This document shows positions 1 to 9,498 of a stretch of 64,000 bases of DNA, piece after piece. This DNA comes from Thermoproteota archaeon (GTDB lineage Archaea > Korarchaeota > Korarchaeia > Korarchaeales > Korarchaeaceae), in contig JALSOH010000006.1 in NCBI GenBank assembly GCA_026986575.1, positions 416,001 to 480,000 of the forward strand, written 5' to 3'. The notes below the pieces were generated by a model. That model saw only the letters and a program-made list of their open reading frames with translations, was not told where the DNA came from and made no database searches. The position numbers were made by a program, and so were the translations under genes. Within the stretch, counting starts at the first letter, position 1. Every line of letters begins with the position of its first letter.

Positions 1-327
1 GCAGTCGCGCTCGTTCTGTGGATCGCGTCCGGGTGGAAGGGGATCTCCAACGCCCTAATATACGTGGCCTCCTTTTCGGGATCCTCCCTGCTTAACTCCT
101 CCGTCTACGCGGTGATGCTCCCTGATGCCCCGTCCCACTGGACCTCCGAGACCTTCGGAAGGAACCTGATAGCTGCGATCTTCAGCGTGGAATCGGGTTT
201 CTACTTCTTCCTAGGTCTAGCTCCCCTCTTGCTAGGCTTAAGAGAGGGAAGCATCGTGCTGGGAACATTGGCAGCTGTCTGGCTCGCTGATGCCATCCTG
301 CTAATGATGGGCAGGAGGATCCTATAG
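1..327 (+). CDS. ABC transporter permease, C-terminal part (5' end outside window); paralog of 26805..28292
   Basis: Frame is open from base 1. Hydrophobic protein; LLNSSVYAVMLPDAPSHWTSETFGR aligns with LLNSLTYALLLPKEPSHWSTETFGR in 26805..28292. Confidence 0.8.
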   Translation, partial: AVALVLWIASGWKGISNALIYVASFSGSSLLNSSVYAVMLPDAPSHWTSETFGRNLIAAIFSVESGFYFFLGLAPLLLGLREGSIVLGTLAAVWLADAILLMMGRRIL

Positions 328-384
328 TGAAAGTTTCCTAGGTGCCGAGATTAATTCCGCAGATGTGCACTGTTTCAACTCACG

Positions 385-1023
385 GTGAGCCCTCAATGCG
401 TGGACCACCTGTCTACTGGCATACCAGATCTAGACGAGTTGCTAGGCGGTGGCGTGGAGAGGAACTCATTCACGGAGTTCTATTCCTCCAGCTTCAACGT
501 TCTCAGGCTGCTCTACCACAGGCTCATCCTCTCCTTGGTGGGTAGTGGAGTGATCTCGGTTCATGTCCAAGAATTCTCCGGATTGGATCCCTACCTACTC
601 AGATCCATAGCTAAGAGGCTGGGAGTCGACTGGAATCTGGTGGAGAAGAACTTCAGGATAGCTAGGGGCTTCAAGGTCGAGGATGTGATGGCCTTAGTTG
701 ACACGGTCGCTCACCTGAGCGTCCCCGTGGTGCTGATATTCGATCCCTTCCTCCACGGAGGGGGTCCAGATCTCAGCTGGAAGATCAGGGATCTAATCAA
801 GGGGACTACCGTGGTGTCTATCAACAGGGGCTCAACCCACCCTAGGGGAGGGAGGTACCATTCTCACACGGTCCACGCTCTGATCAGAATGAGTCCGTTG
901 GGAGAGATCGTGAGGGTCGAGCTGGTGAAGCATCCCTCTCTTCCCAGTTCCACGACCTACATCACGATGAGGGAGCTGATGGGAGAATGGGGAGGTCAGC
1001 GCCCACTCTTAGAATGGCTGTGA
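385..1023 (+). CDS. RecA/RadB-like protein with degenerate Walker A (PolB2-operon-type inactive ATPase)
   Basis: LSTGIPDLDELLGGG N-terminal motif; SFTEFYSSSF where GxxGxGKT is expected; DP.L, GG..HSH and LVKHP motifs; PIP-like C-terminus QRPLLEWL. Confidence 0.7.
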   Translation: MSPQCVDHLSTGIPDLDELLGGGVERNSFTEFYSSSFNVLRLLYHRLILSLVGSGVISVHVQEFSGLDPYLLRSIAKRLGVDWNLVEKNFRIARGFKVEDVMALVDTVAHLSVPVVLIFDPFLHGGGPDLSWKIRDLIKGTTVVSINRGSTHPRGGRYHSHTVHALIRMSPLGEIVRVELVKHPSLPSSTTYITMRELMGEWGGQRPLLEWL

Positions 1024-1235
1024 GATGTGAGCTGGAGAGGTTGAGGCGGATCTCCAAAGTGGAGAGGGATCCCGAAATTAGAAGGTCCTTGGAAGAGGTT
1101 CTCAGGGTTGGTGAGAAACTTCTGGACGCTTACTCGGTCGAACCACCCACTGATGCGATGGAGGTAGTGCTGTTAAGTGCCATAGTGGAACTCTTCTCTA
1201 GGTGTCGCGACCTATCGGTCAATGGAACAAATTAG
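987..1235 (+). CDS. Small alpha-helical protein resembling the PolB2-operon accessory family (arCOG07300-like)
   Basis: MGRSAPTLR...E..R...MEVVLLSAIVEL pattern; overlaps the RadB-like gene as in archaeal polB2 operons. Family recalled from memory. Confidence 0.6.
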   Translation: MGRSAPTLRMAVRCELERLRRISKVERDPEIRRSLEEVLRVGEKLLDAYSVEPPTDAMEVVLLSAIVELFSRCRDLSVNGTN

Positions 1236-1521
1236 AACAATAAAATAAATTTATCTTACTTTTAAGTCACGAGACCCGGAAAGTAGGGTAGAGCGATGAG
1301 CGGTGCTGAGGCAGCTGCCATCGTTCTCATAGTCATAGCAGCCCCGATCTTATTACATAATTTAACTTATGATTATTTACTCTCGAGGTGAGAACAGAGG
1401 CCAGCAACATCTTTCTCGCAGTCCTTCACACCTAGGCTTAAGCCAAACCGAAGCAAAAACTGGGCCTAAACAGAAGCCAGCCCCCGACCATGTCACCGCA
1501 GAGGACCCTTAGAGGAGTGAG

Positions 1522-1677
1522 ATGGAGATCTGGTACGATAAGGCGACTGGCGAGTGCGTCAAAGCGGCTTTATACATTCCCGGGGTTGGAAGGATACAGG
1601 TCTTGGATATCCAAGCATGGACTGCTCGTCAAGTGGACCTCTTAAGAGTAGAAGGGGTTCTTGTGGCCTACGTGTGA
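1522..1677 (+). pseudogene. 51-codon ORF, probably a fragment of a decayed exported-protein gene
   Basis: GAGGAGTGA precedes the ATG; reads MEIWYDKATGECVK...; a short signal-peptide-like ORF (MSGAEAAAIVLIVIAAP) starts at about 1297. Confidence 0.3.
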
Positions 1678-1797
1678 TCTTAAGACGTAAAGACGTATTC
1701 AAATACAGGTAGCCTCTAGCGGGACCTAGCTGGCTGAGCCCCTCCTGGAACTAAGAGTTCCCACGAGCGACTCTCATGAATCGTTAAAGATCGTTGG

Positions 1798-4269
1798 ATG
1801 GGGGAATCCAAACGACCGGACCGGAAAGGAAAAAAGGCCTCCATGTATAAACTCAAGGATGGACACATAGAGAGGCTCTCAACTGGAGTCAAGGAGCTAG
1901 ATAGAATACTTGGAGGTGGAATACCGAGGGGCTTCCTCGTGGCAGTCGCGGGAGAGCCAGGGACTGGGAAGACGGTACTTTGCATTCGCTTCTCATGGCA
2001 GGGTATCTTGGACGGTGATAAGGTGATCTACGTGACCACAGAGGAGTCTAGGGAATCAGTAATAAGGCAAGCTGAGACCTTGGGCATGAGGCTGGGCGAT
2101 GCGGTGACAAGAGGGAAGGCAATAGTAATTGACGCTCTCTTGGGGAGCGACAGATGGAGCCTCAGGTCCTTGAACCCCGAGGACATGGTGGAGAAGGTAG
2201 TGGAGGCGAAGAGGGAACTCGGCTATGGGAGGGCGCGACTGGTCATAGACAGCATGAGCGCCTTCTGGCTCGATAAGCCAGCAATGGCCCGCAAGTACTC
2301 CTACTACCTGAAGAAGGTGCTCCATAAGTGGGATTTCACTATTCTGGCCACTACTCAATACGCTATTACGACCTCTATCACCGGTAACCAGCTCGTCGCC
2401 GTGAAGGGAGAGAAGGAAGTGGAAGTGCTACCCATTAGGGAGCTCAGAGAAAAATTCGGGAACTCTTCCTCCAATTTAACATGCCTTTCCTTGAGGAGCG
2501 ACTTGGAGGCTGGGTGGTCTAGGATACTAGCAATAAGCGAGCACGAATCTAGGGAGCCCATCTATAAGATCAGGCTCGAGGGCGGCAGGTCGATTGAGGT
2601 AACGGGAGATCACAGCATATACGTTTGGCGAAACGGAATCGAGGTGATACCCGCTAGGGAGATCAGGGTGGGTGATTTCCTGATATCCCTACGGAGGTTC
2701 GCTGTTCCGGGAATCGGGAAGGCAAAGATAGATGTCGTCTCCTCCTTGATGGATTCCGGCCTGGATCCCTCTCTCATATACCTCAGGGGAGTTGACGACA
2801 TATCCCTGAATGATCCGAGGGTACTGAATGTGATCAGGGCTAAGAAAAGCGGTCACGATACCCTTAGGTACTACTGGCGCGGGCAGAAGGTTCTACCTCT
2901 GGAGGTCCTCCTCTCGGCCGGAGTCACCGGGTTCAGCGCGAGCAAGGTATCGATCGCGTTTAGGAGTGAGAGAGGAAGGGTAATAGTCATGAAGAAGGGA
3001 GTGAAATCTAGTATACAGGTGGACGGAAGGCTGGGGAGGCTTTTAGGGTACTACGTCGCTGAGGGCCATCTGAAGGATAACAAGACAGTCCTGACATTCG
3101 GAAGTCACGAAGTAAGTTACGCAAGGGATGCCGCAGATCTGTTCAAGGAGGTCTTTGGTGTGGACGCCAAGGTAAGAAGCGTGGGATCCAAACTGGTGGT
3201 TGAGGTCGATAGTGCGGTGGTGAGAATGGTCCTAGAGGATATCCTTGGAGTCAAGACAGGAGCTCACGCGAAGGAAGTTCCTCCCTTCATATTCCTAGCT
3301 CCTCGCGATGTAAAGATGAATTTCTTGATAGGGCTGTACAGGGGAGACGGTCACTTGAGGAGGAGTGGGCGGGACTTGACCCTGACGACGGCTAGTGAGA
3401 GGCTCTTAAACGGAGTCATCTTGCTCTTGCTCGAGCAGGGGATCGTTCCACACATATCTAGGAGGGGAAACGCGTATAACCTAGTTATATCCTACGCGGG
3501 CGGCTTGAAGAGGCTCAAGGAGGTCGTTGAGGCCATCCGTCCTGATGTCAGGATGAGGGACGGTCTAACTAGCTCGGCTCTCGAGGGTATACCTAGGGAA
3601 TTACTCGTCGAGATCCTCTCCTCACTGGGTACCCCAAGGAGCGGGACTTACACAAACCTGAACAAGGTGAGGGTCTCCTATTGGAGAGCTAAGAAGTCGC
3701 TGAACTCCGGTCCTGTGAAGAGGTTCTTGGAATTCGTCGATGGTAAAGGAAGCTCCAAGATCAGGAAGGAACTTCGGAGGAAGGGGCTGATCAATGCAAA
3801 TGAGGAGCTCACTGAAAAGGGCCTCAAACTTATGGAGAAGGTAGAAATCGCTAAATCTCTGATGGATTCAGATGTTATGTTCTTGAGGGTCAAGGAGATC
3901 GAAGTGTTGGAGGGACGCCATCCAGTTTACGATGTGGCGGTGGAGGGAGAGCAGAACTTCTTCGCTGGCTTGGGCTGGATACTCTGCCACAATTCAGAGG
4001 CGTTTGGCTTCGGTTTAGAGCATATAGCCGATGGGATCATCAGGTTCAGGAGAGTAGTTAGGGGAGGGAGGCTGAAGAGGTTCCTCTTGGTGGAGAAGAT
4101 GAGACAGACCCCCCATGACCTGAGGATGTATGAAGTGGTGATAGAGCCTAGCAGGGGGATGAGGCTCGTGGGACCCGTGGGTCTGAGAGCTGAAGATTTC
4201 GCACTGCCCCAGAGCGTCACCAAGAGGATACTCGAAGCTAAGAAGAGGTCGGAGGAGGAGCTCTCGTGA
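1798..4269 (+). CDS. Archaeal KaiC-domain RecA-superfamily ATPase interrupted by an intein
   Basis: Walker A GEPGTGKT; YVTTEES; LVIDSMSAFWLDKPAMARKYSY; QYAITT|SEAFGFGLEHIADG after intein removal; EKMRQTPH. Confidence 0.9.
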   Translation: MGESKRPDRKGKKASMYKLKDGHIERLSTGVKELDRILGGGIPRGFLVAVAGEPGTGKTVLCIRFSWQGILDGDKVIYVTTEESRESVIRQAETLGMRLGDAVTRGKAIVIDALLGSDRWSLRSLNPEDMVEKVVEAKRELGYGRARLVIDSMSAFWLDKPAMARKYSYYLKKVLHKWDFTILATTQYAITTSITGNQLVAVKGEKEVEVLPIRELREKFGNSSSNLTCLSLRSDLEAGWSRILAISEHESREPIYKIRLEGGRSIEVTGDHSIYVWRNGIEVIPAREIRVGDFLISLRRFAVPGIGKAKIDVVSSLMDSGLDPSLIYLRGVDDISLNDPRVLNVIRAKKSGHDTLRYYWRGQKVLPLEVLLSAGVTGFSASKVSIAFRSERGRVIVMKKGVKSSIQVDGRLGRLLGYYVAEGHLKDNKTVLTFGSHEVSYARDAADLFKEVFGVDAKVRSVGSKLVVEVDSAVVRMVLEDILGVKTGAHAKEVPPFIFLAPRDVKMNFLIGLYRGDGHLRRSGRDLTLTTASERLLNGVILLLLEQGIVPHISRRGNAYNLVISYAGGLKRLKEVVEAIRPDVRMRDGLTSSALEGIPRELLVEILSSLGTPRSGTYTNLNKVRVSYWRAKKSLNSGPVKRFLEFVDGKGSSKIRKELRRKGLINANEELTEKGLKLMEKVEIAKSLMDSDVMFLRVKEIEVLEGRHPVYDVAVEGEQNFFAGLGWILCHNSEAFGFGLEHIADGIIRFRRVVRGGRLKRFLLVEKMRQTPHDLRMYEVVIEPSRGMRLVGPVGLRAEDFALPQSVTKRILEAKKRSEEELS
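2374..3993 (+). mobile_element. Intein (540 aa) with LAGLIDADG homing endonuclease
   Basis: Starts SITGNQLV; block B VTGDHSIY; endonuclease motifs LLGYYVAEG and FLIGLYRGDG; block F VYDVAVEGEQNF; ends LCHN followed by Ser. Confidence 0.92.
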
Positions 4270-4313
4270 ATCTGGGGGGTGACCGTTTTTTATCGCATCA
4301 CACCACCCTGTAA

Positions 4314-5192
4314 GTGGTGCTTCAGGTGCCGGACCTCTCCAAATACTTAGACGATCACGACGCACAGCTCGTCAGGGAGCACTACTCCAGACCTGACGTT
4401 AAAAGCGAGGTCGTGAGGTTCTCCAGAGGTCGCTGGCTGGCCTTGGCTGGCGAGAGATGGATAAGACACTTCGGTAGGGCGCCTCTCACCATAGACTCCC
4501 TGAAGCTGCCGGGCACCCTGCTGGCCACCGGAACTAGGTCCATCTATGCAACCACATCCGTTTATAGGAGACTCAAATCCCGTGAGGATCCCTACGACGA
4601 CTCCAACGTTGTGGCAGTCACACCTTACCTAGACATCGACAATGAACTAGAGGCCTGGAGGGCGACGATAGAAGCGGCGAGGGCAATAACTGACGAGCTG
4701 GAGAGACTCGGCGTGATCAAGTCGGTCTACATCCTGTGGTCGGGGAACGGAGCTCATGTTAGGGTGCATGAACATGCCCTCTCTAAAGAGTTCAGGGATC
4801 TGGACCACGCTTGGGCTCTCGCCGAGTACCTCAGGATCAGGGTTGAGGTGAGAGTGGCCGAGATAAGGGCGAGACGCGAGGTCCTCGAGATGAAGGTCGA
4901 GAACCAGATCAAACCCCGATCCCTCTTCACGGTCCCGCTTAGTCTGCATCGAGGAATAGATCGAGTTGCGGTCTGCTTCAAGCCTGAAAGCCTAGATGAC
5001 TTCGATCCATCTTGGACCTCACCGAACGATTTCAGGCACGACCTCTCTTGGGATGACCACGAGGTTGGGGAGGCGGATGAGGCCTCCAAAGTCGCTATGG
5101 AAGTAGTGGGCGGATATCCAATAAGGAGGAGCTGGAAGAGGAAGGAACCCCCAGTGGATGAGATGGTGAGGAGGTGGAATGACCTTGACTGA
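4314..5192 (+). CDS. Archaeo-eukaryotic primase (AEP) superfamily protein
   Basis: Motif I YLDID, motif II WSGNGAHV, then R.LF..PLSLH. Short, standalone protein. Confidence 0.7.
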   Translation: MVLQVPDLSKYLDDHDAQLVREHYSRPDVKSEVVRFSRGRWLALAGERWIRHFGRAPLTIDSLKLPGTLLATGTRSIYATTSVYRRLKSREDPYDDSNVVAVTPYLDIDNELEAWRATIEAARAITDELERLGVIKSVYILWSGNGAHVRVHEHALSKEFRDLDHAWALAEYLRIRVEVRVAEIRARREVLEMKVENQIKPRSLFTVPLSLHRGIDRVAVCFKPESLDDFDPSWTSPNDFRHDLSWDDHEVGEADEASKVAMEVVGGYPIRRSWKRKEPPVDEMVRRWNDLD

Positions 5193-5565
5193 CAGGGAAA
5201 AAGCCATCGTCGTATCTCTGATACTTCAAGGAAGGGTGGAAGAAGCTTTGGAACTCGTATGCTCCGCCTACGGGAAGGTGCCTCCCAAGGTGAAGGTCGG
5301 CAGGGTGAAGGGACACGACAAGGCCCTGGCAGTATATGATGCTAAGAGGGAAACGATCTTCGTTTCTAGAGGAGATCTACTCAGGAATCCCTTCATAATC
5401 CTGCATGAGACCTATCATCACATCAGGATGTTCGCTGGAAGGCATAGGGGTACGGAAAAGCACGCTGACAGATTCGCCCAGTCGTTCTTAGAAGCCTACT
5501 GCCATGTGGTTGGGAGCGAGATGGGATACCAACCTCCTTGGTGCCGGGCCTTGGGATCTACTTGA
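5179..5565 (+). CDS. Small HEXXH zinc metallopeptidase-like protein (ImmA/IrrE-like)
   Basis: ILHETYHH followed by E..ADRFA; overlaps the AEP gene. Confidence 0.6.
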   Translation: MTLTDREKAIVVSLILQGRVEEALELVCSAYGKVPPKVKVGRVKGHDKALAVYDAKRETIFVSRGDLLRNPFIILHETYHHIRMFAGRHRGTEKHADRFAQSFLEAYCHVVGSEMGYQPPWCRALGST

Positions 5566-5624
5566 GGTGTAAAGTCGTAAACCGATAGTCGTATCATCTT
5601 TTTCTCCTCGAGAGGTAGGAACCA

Positions 5625-6860
5625 ATGATGAGGTACCTCCTCCCCGCACTACTCTTAACGCTCTTAATTGTGATGGGCTCGGTCCGAGCCGATCCGGAGA
5701 CCAATACTCCCGAGACGAGCCCCCAAAGACAACTGGCAGATGTCTGGTCAGACAGGGGAGGGAAGGGACTCAACGTCAGCTGTGGGCACTACAGGGTTGG
5801 GGAGGAGGTGACTCTTTACTTCCAAGTCTCCAAAGTGATGTACATAGAGCTTTATATCATAAGGCCCGACGGGAGCAAGATCAGGCTCATGAACATCTCC
5901 ATGACTGGTCCAGGGGTCGTGTACAAGACACCACCCATACTCCTGATAGATGAGGGTCCTAGGACCGTCCAGCTCGTGGGAGCTAGGAGCCATCAAGTCC
6001 TCGACTCCTGCAACTTCTACGTGACGAAGGAAGTGGTGGGTGGAGACGTGTGGACCGACGAAGGTGGGAGGGGGCGTGGGACTCCCGGTGGGACCTTTCC
6101 CCCACTGAAACCTATCAGGGTCGCGCTTAGAATCAACTCCACCGCTGAAGTCGAGCTTAGGGCCATCACATCTAGGGGAGAGCAGGTGCTCTTCAAGGGT
6201 AAACTAGAGGCCAACGAGGTGAGGTACGTTTACTTGGAAGCCCTTCAGGAGGGTGTGATCACGCTGAAACTACTGCACGATGGCAAGGAGCTCGACACCT
6301 GCCGCCTCCTCATCACCCTACCGGTCGAGGAGAACCCCCCTATACTGGAGGTTAATGGGATCTCAGTGTCCGGTCTCACTGTGACTGTGAACGGAAAGGT
6401 GGAACCGGGGACCCCTAACGCGACAGTTATCCTCCGATGGATGTGGGGGGACGGAACCGAGGACGAAGGTGAATTTCCCAAGTCCCACACGTACAGCAAG
6501 GGAGGCAAGTACACGATAACCGTAATAGCAGAGCAGAGCGATGGTCTCTCATCCAATTTCACCTATACCATCCAAGTGAGCTCTCCTGAAACCGCGACCG
6601 AGGTGAAGGGGGAGTCAGGGGCGATGGAGACTTCCACAAGCAGTCGACCCCTAATACCCCCCACTATCACTAGGGTGATCACCGTAACGCCTGAACGCAT
6701 CGAAACTTCCTCATCACCCTATCCGGCGCTGTCGTTCCTTCTGGGATCGGTAGTTACGGTATTCTCCTTCCTGATAATCTCGCGCCTCTTGAGGAGGCAG
6801 GACACGGGAGAGGGGATGCCTGGGTCGGGCCAAGGTGACACGGGAGCAGGTGAAGATTAA
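5625..6860 (+). CDS. Cell-surface protein: signal peptide, two Ig-like repeats, PKD domain, C-terminal TM anchor
   Basis: Hydrophobic N-terminus; repeats DVWSDRGGKG and DVWTDEGGRG; PKD motif WMWGDGT...SHTYSKGGKYTITV; S/T-rich linker and TM helix. Confidence 0.8.
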   Translation: MMRYLLPALLLTLLIVMGSVRADPETNTPETSPQRQLADVWSDRGGKGLNVSCGHYRVGEEVTLYFQVSKVMYIELYIIRPDGSKIRLMNISMTGPGVVYKTPPILLIDEGPRTVQLVGARSHQVLDSCNFYVTKEVVGGDVWTDEGGRGRGTPGGTFPPLKPIRVALRINSTAEVELRAITSRGEQVLFKGKLEANEVRYVYLEALQEGVITLKLLHDGKELDTCRLLITLPVEENPPILEVNGISVSGLTVTVNGKVEPGTPNATVILRWMWGDGTEDEGEFPKSHTYSKGGKYTITVIAEQSDGLSSNFTYTIQVSSPETATEVKGESGAMETSTSSRPLIPPTITRVITVTPERIETSSSPYPALSFLLGSVVTVFSFLIISRLLRRQDTGEGMPGSGQGDTGAGED

Positions 6861-6876
6861 TATCTTCTACCGTATT

Positions 6877-7290
6877 ATGACGCGGATAATAGTGAAGGAC
6901 GTATTCGAGATAGGTTACCGGTACCTGATGCCCTTCCTCAGGGCCACCCTAGTTAGGATGCTCGTGGAAAGAGGGTTGAGCGAGGTTAAGATTGCTTCCA
7001 TACTCGTCATGACCCAGTCAGCGGTTTCACGCTACGCCAACATGAAGAGAGGCAGCGTGGTGGATCTCTCGAATAGGAAGGATGTGATGGAGAGGGTCCA
7101 GTCGTTGGCCAGCAGGATAGTCGAGGAGGAGCTGGACCCCTTCACGATTCAGATGGAGCTGACGAAGATAGCCCTTTATTCGTTGGCCAAGGGTTATGTC
7201 TGTGAATTTCACGAGAAGATAGATCCGAGGATAGATCCGGACAAGTGCAACGTCTGTAAAACGTTGTTTAAAGAGTTTGTCACTTTATAA
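6877..7290 (+). CDS. HTH transcriptional regulator (COG2522-like) with C-terminal Cys/His motif
   Basis: GLSEVKIASILVMTQSAVSRY...KRG HTH; CEFH...CNVC. Start taken at ATG 6877. Confidence 0.8.
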   Translation: MTRIIVKDVFEIGYRYLMPFLRATLVRMLVERGLSEVKIASILVMTQSAVSRYANMKRGSVVDLSNRKDVMERVQSLASRIVEEELDPFTIQMELTKIALYSLAKGYVCEFHEKIDPRIDPDKCNVCKTLFKEFVTL

Positions 7291-7473
7291 GTTGATTATT
7301 TTTGCTCCCCATGGTGTACTGGTTTTCATCACAGTTCAGCGCTTCCAGCGATATATTGAGGATGCGTTGAAACCCAACTGATAAAAAGGATATCGATATC
7401 TTATAAGAGGCCCGGTCGGCCCGTGATAGGGCCCGGGTGACCCAACCAACTCGCCCCCGTCCAGGCCGCTTAT

Positions 7474-9498
7474 TCAACCACAAGGGCGATTTAACTCTTT
7501 CTCATTTATTATCTCCAGAGCCCGTTCAACAGCTCCCATTCCATATTTCCCATCAGGTGCCCTCTCGTAGGCTACCACTCTATCTGACTCCCCCTCTGGA
7601 ACTATGAAGTCCAGATCCTGGGATGCAGGTTGTAGATTGGTTTCCAGTGAAATGAACTCGTCGCTCCACTTGAATCCCCTCCCGAACCTCCTGTCAGCGA
7701 ATATGAAATAGATAGCTGGACTAGTGAATTCTCTCCTGTAATTGTCCAGCAGGGGAAGTTGGATCTCGAACTTCTCCTTCCACTTTGCGTAAATGCCAAC
7801 CACTCCGATGGATAGGAGCCACTTAGGCAGTTTAGCTGATCTCCACCTAAGATCGTATCTCCCCTTGCCAGTTCTGACCCTGACAACTGGGTTCGGTTTT
7901 GATCCAGATCTCTCCCTCATTTCGTAGACGAGGGACTCCATGAGATCAGAGTACCATACCTTGAGCTCGTGTTGTTTCGATATCGCCATAACCGTGGACG
8001 CCACCTTCATGAGAGGTAGTGATAGCTCCTCACCGTCATCTGATGCCGAACTAACCCTTACTGTGGAGGTCAGATAGATTTTAGGGACTTCAAACCGCTG
8101 ATCTCCTCTTTCTATAGCCGTGAACTTCCTGTGAAATTCTTTGTCAGCGCAAGGGGAGATGTAAGAGGTGAAGAAATCAGCTCTTTTGCTCTTAGCCACT
8201 TCTAAAAAGGGAGGCAGGTTTTCCTTTCCATTCCTCAGGTTCAAACCATTTGAAAAGACACTTGAGATCTCTCTCCTCGCCCATGGCAGGTCCACATTGA
8301 AGAAGATCCCATGGGAGCCGTATCTCCTAGCTAGCCTGCCCAGCCTCTGGACCACTTTCATAACGCTCATTGAGTTCACCGAGACCATGGAGGCGGGATA
8401 CACGTCCAGATCCTCAAGCTCTATTCCCACTTCACCCACACTGGTCATCAAGATCGTGTCGGCCCCTTCTATCCGCTCAATATATCTCTCCCACAGCTTC
8501 CTAGGCATCTGAGAGTGGAGAATGACGGACTCCCCTCCTAATCTCTCTTGGAGGGATACAAGCATGTTAACGCTGTCAGCGTAGATTATCCGGGGAGCCT
8601 CCAACTCATTAACCAGTTCAACCAATCCCTCGAAATCGGAACGACCAAACGAGATGAGCTTATCCCCGGCCTCTCTATCTACTAGCTCCAGATTCCTCCT
8701 CTCTAGCGGGACAGACCTATTGATCACTCTAGTTCCAAACAGGTCCTCGAGCGAGCGAAGAGCCCTCTCTATGGAAAGAGGATCCATCGTGGCGCTTATG
8801 AAGAGGAGGAAAGTAGGCCCGCTCAGGGGTGCCGATATCTTCCATCTACCTATTTCTAGGAGAAGTGTCAGGAGCCTCACGAAGCTCTTGCCCGTGTAGA
8901 AGTGGGGCTCATCTATTATGTAGAGGTCCACCTCCGCAAGCCCTGAGATCAAGTTGAAAGGGGTTATCCTATCTCCTATCCCCAAGCTAGATGATCTTCT
9001 GACTGCTAGCGATGCCAGCATCTGCGGATTGGTGAGAACTAACCTCATCTCCTCCTTCAACTTGGAGAAAGCTCTCATCACTCTTTCAGCCTTGTCCTCA
9101 CGATTCATATCCCCTCTTATCTCGATGACCTCCACATCGCCTAGGGCATCCCTCATACCCCTATAGAGATCCAACGATCTCCCTCCCATCTGAGAGGCTA
9201 GGAACTTGGTAGGCGCTATGTAGACCGAGTTTAACTTGCTCAATCCCAATGAGAGCTGCTTTGCCACGGCTGCAGCGGCGATTAGGGAAAGGTGGCTCTT
9301 TCCAGCCCCAGTGTCTGCTGACACGTAGAGGGGGATGACGGAGTTGCTTTCCCTGACCTCCTCGGACAGTCTCAAGATTTCTGCCAGCACCTCATGCTGT
9401 GACTTGGTTAGAGAGAGGCTCAATCCCCCGTAATTTCTCTCGAGAAACTCCCTTCTCAGCGGAGGCTCCCAGTAGGCTCCCAACTCCCTGTAGGCCAA
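7474..9498 (-). CDS. cas3: Cas3' helicase without HD domain (type I-D style)
   Basis: ADTGAGKS, YIAPTKFL, IIDEPHFY, SAT, TSVGEVGIE, QRLGRLAR; no N-terminal HD domain; last gene of the effector operon. Confidence 0.85.
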   Translation of the reverse strand: MAYRELGAYWEPPLRREFLERNYGGLSLSLTKSQHEVLAEILRLSEEVRESNSVIPLYVSADTGAGKSHLSLIAAAAVAKQLSLGLSKLNSVYIAPTKFLASQMGGRSLDLYRGMRDALGDVEVIEIRGDMNREDKAERVMRAFSKLKEEMRLVLTNPQMLASLAVRRSSSLGIGDRITPFNLISGLAEVDLYIIDEPHFYTGKSFVRLLTLLLEIGRWKISAPLSGPTFLLFISATMDPLSIERALRSLEDLFGTRVINRSVPLERRNLELVDREAGDKLISFGRSDFEGLVELVNELEAPRIIYADSVNMLVSLQERLGGESVILHSQMPRKLWERYIERIEGADTILMTSVGEVGIELEDLDVYPASMVSVNSMSVMKVVQRLGRLARRYGSHGIFFNVDLPWARREISSVFSNGLNLRNGKENLPPFLEVAKSKRADFFTSYISPCADKEFHRKFTAIERGDQRFEVPKIYLTSTVRVSSASDDGEELSLPLMKVASTVMAISKQHELKVWYSDLMESLVYEMRERSGSKPNPVVRVRTGKGRYDLRWRSAKLPKWLLSIGVVGIYAKWKEKFEIQLPLLDNYRREFTSPAIYFIFADRRFGRGFKWSDEFISLETNLQPASQDLDFIVPEGESDRVVAYERAPDGKYGMGAVERALEIINEKELNRPCG

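Noticed and set aside
1440-1500. RNase P RNA 3' motif (AACAGAAG...)
   Set aside because: The conserved 5' GAGGAAAGTCC-type motif and GC-rich helices are absent.
7428-7470. Intact tRNA gene
   Set aside because: No GG D-loop, TTCGA T-loop or full cloverleaf. I recognised no tRNA or rRNA gene anywhere in the window.
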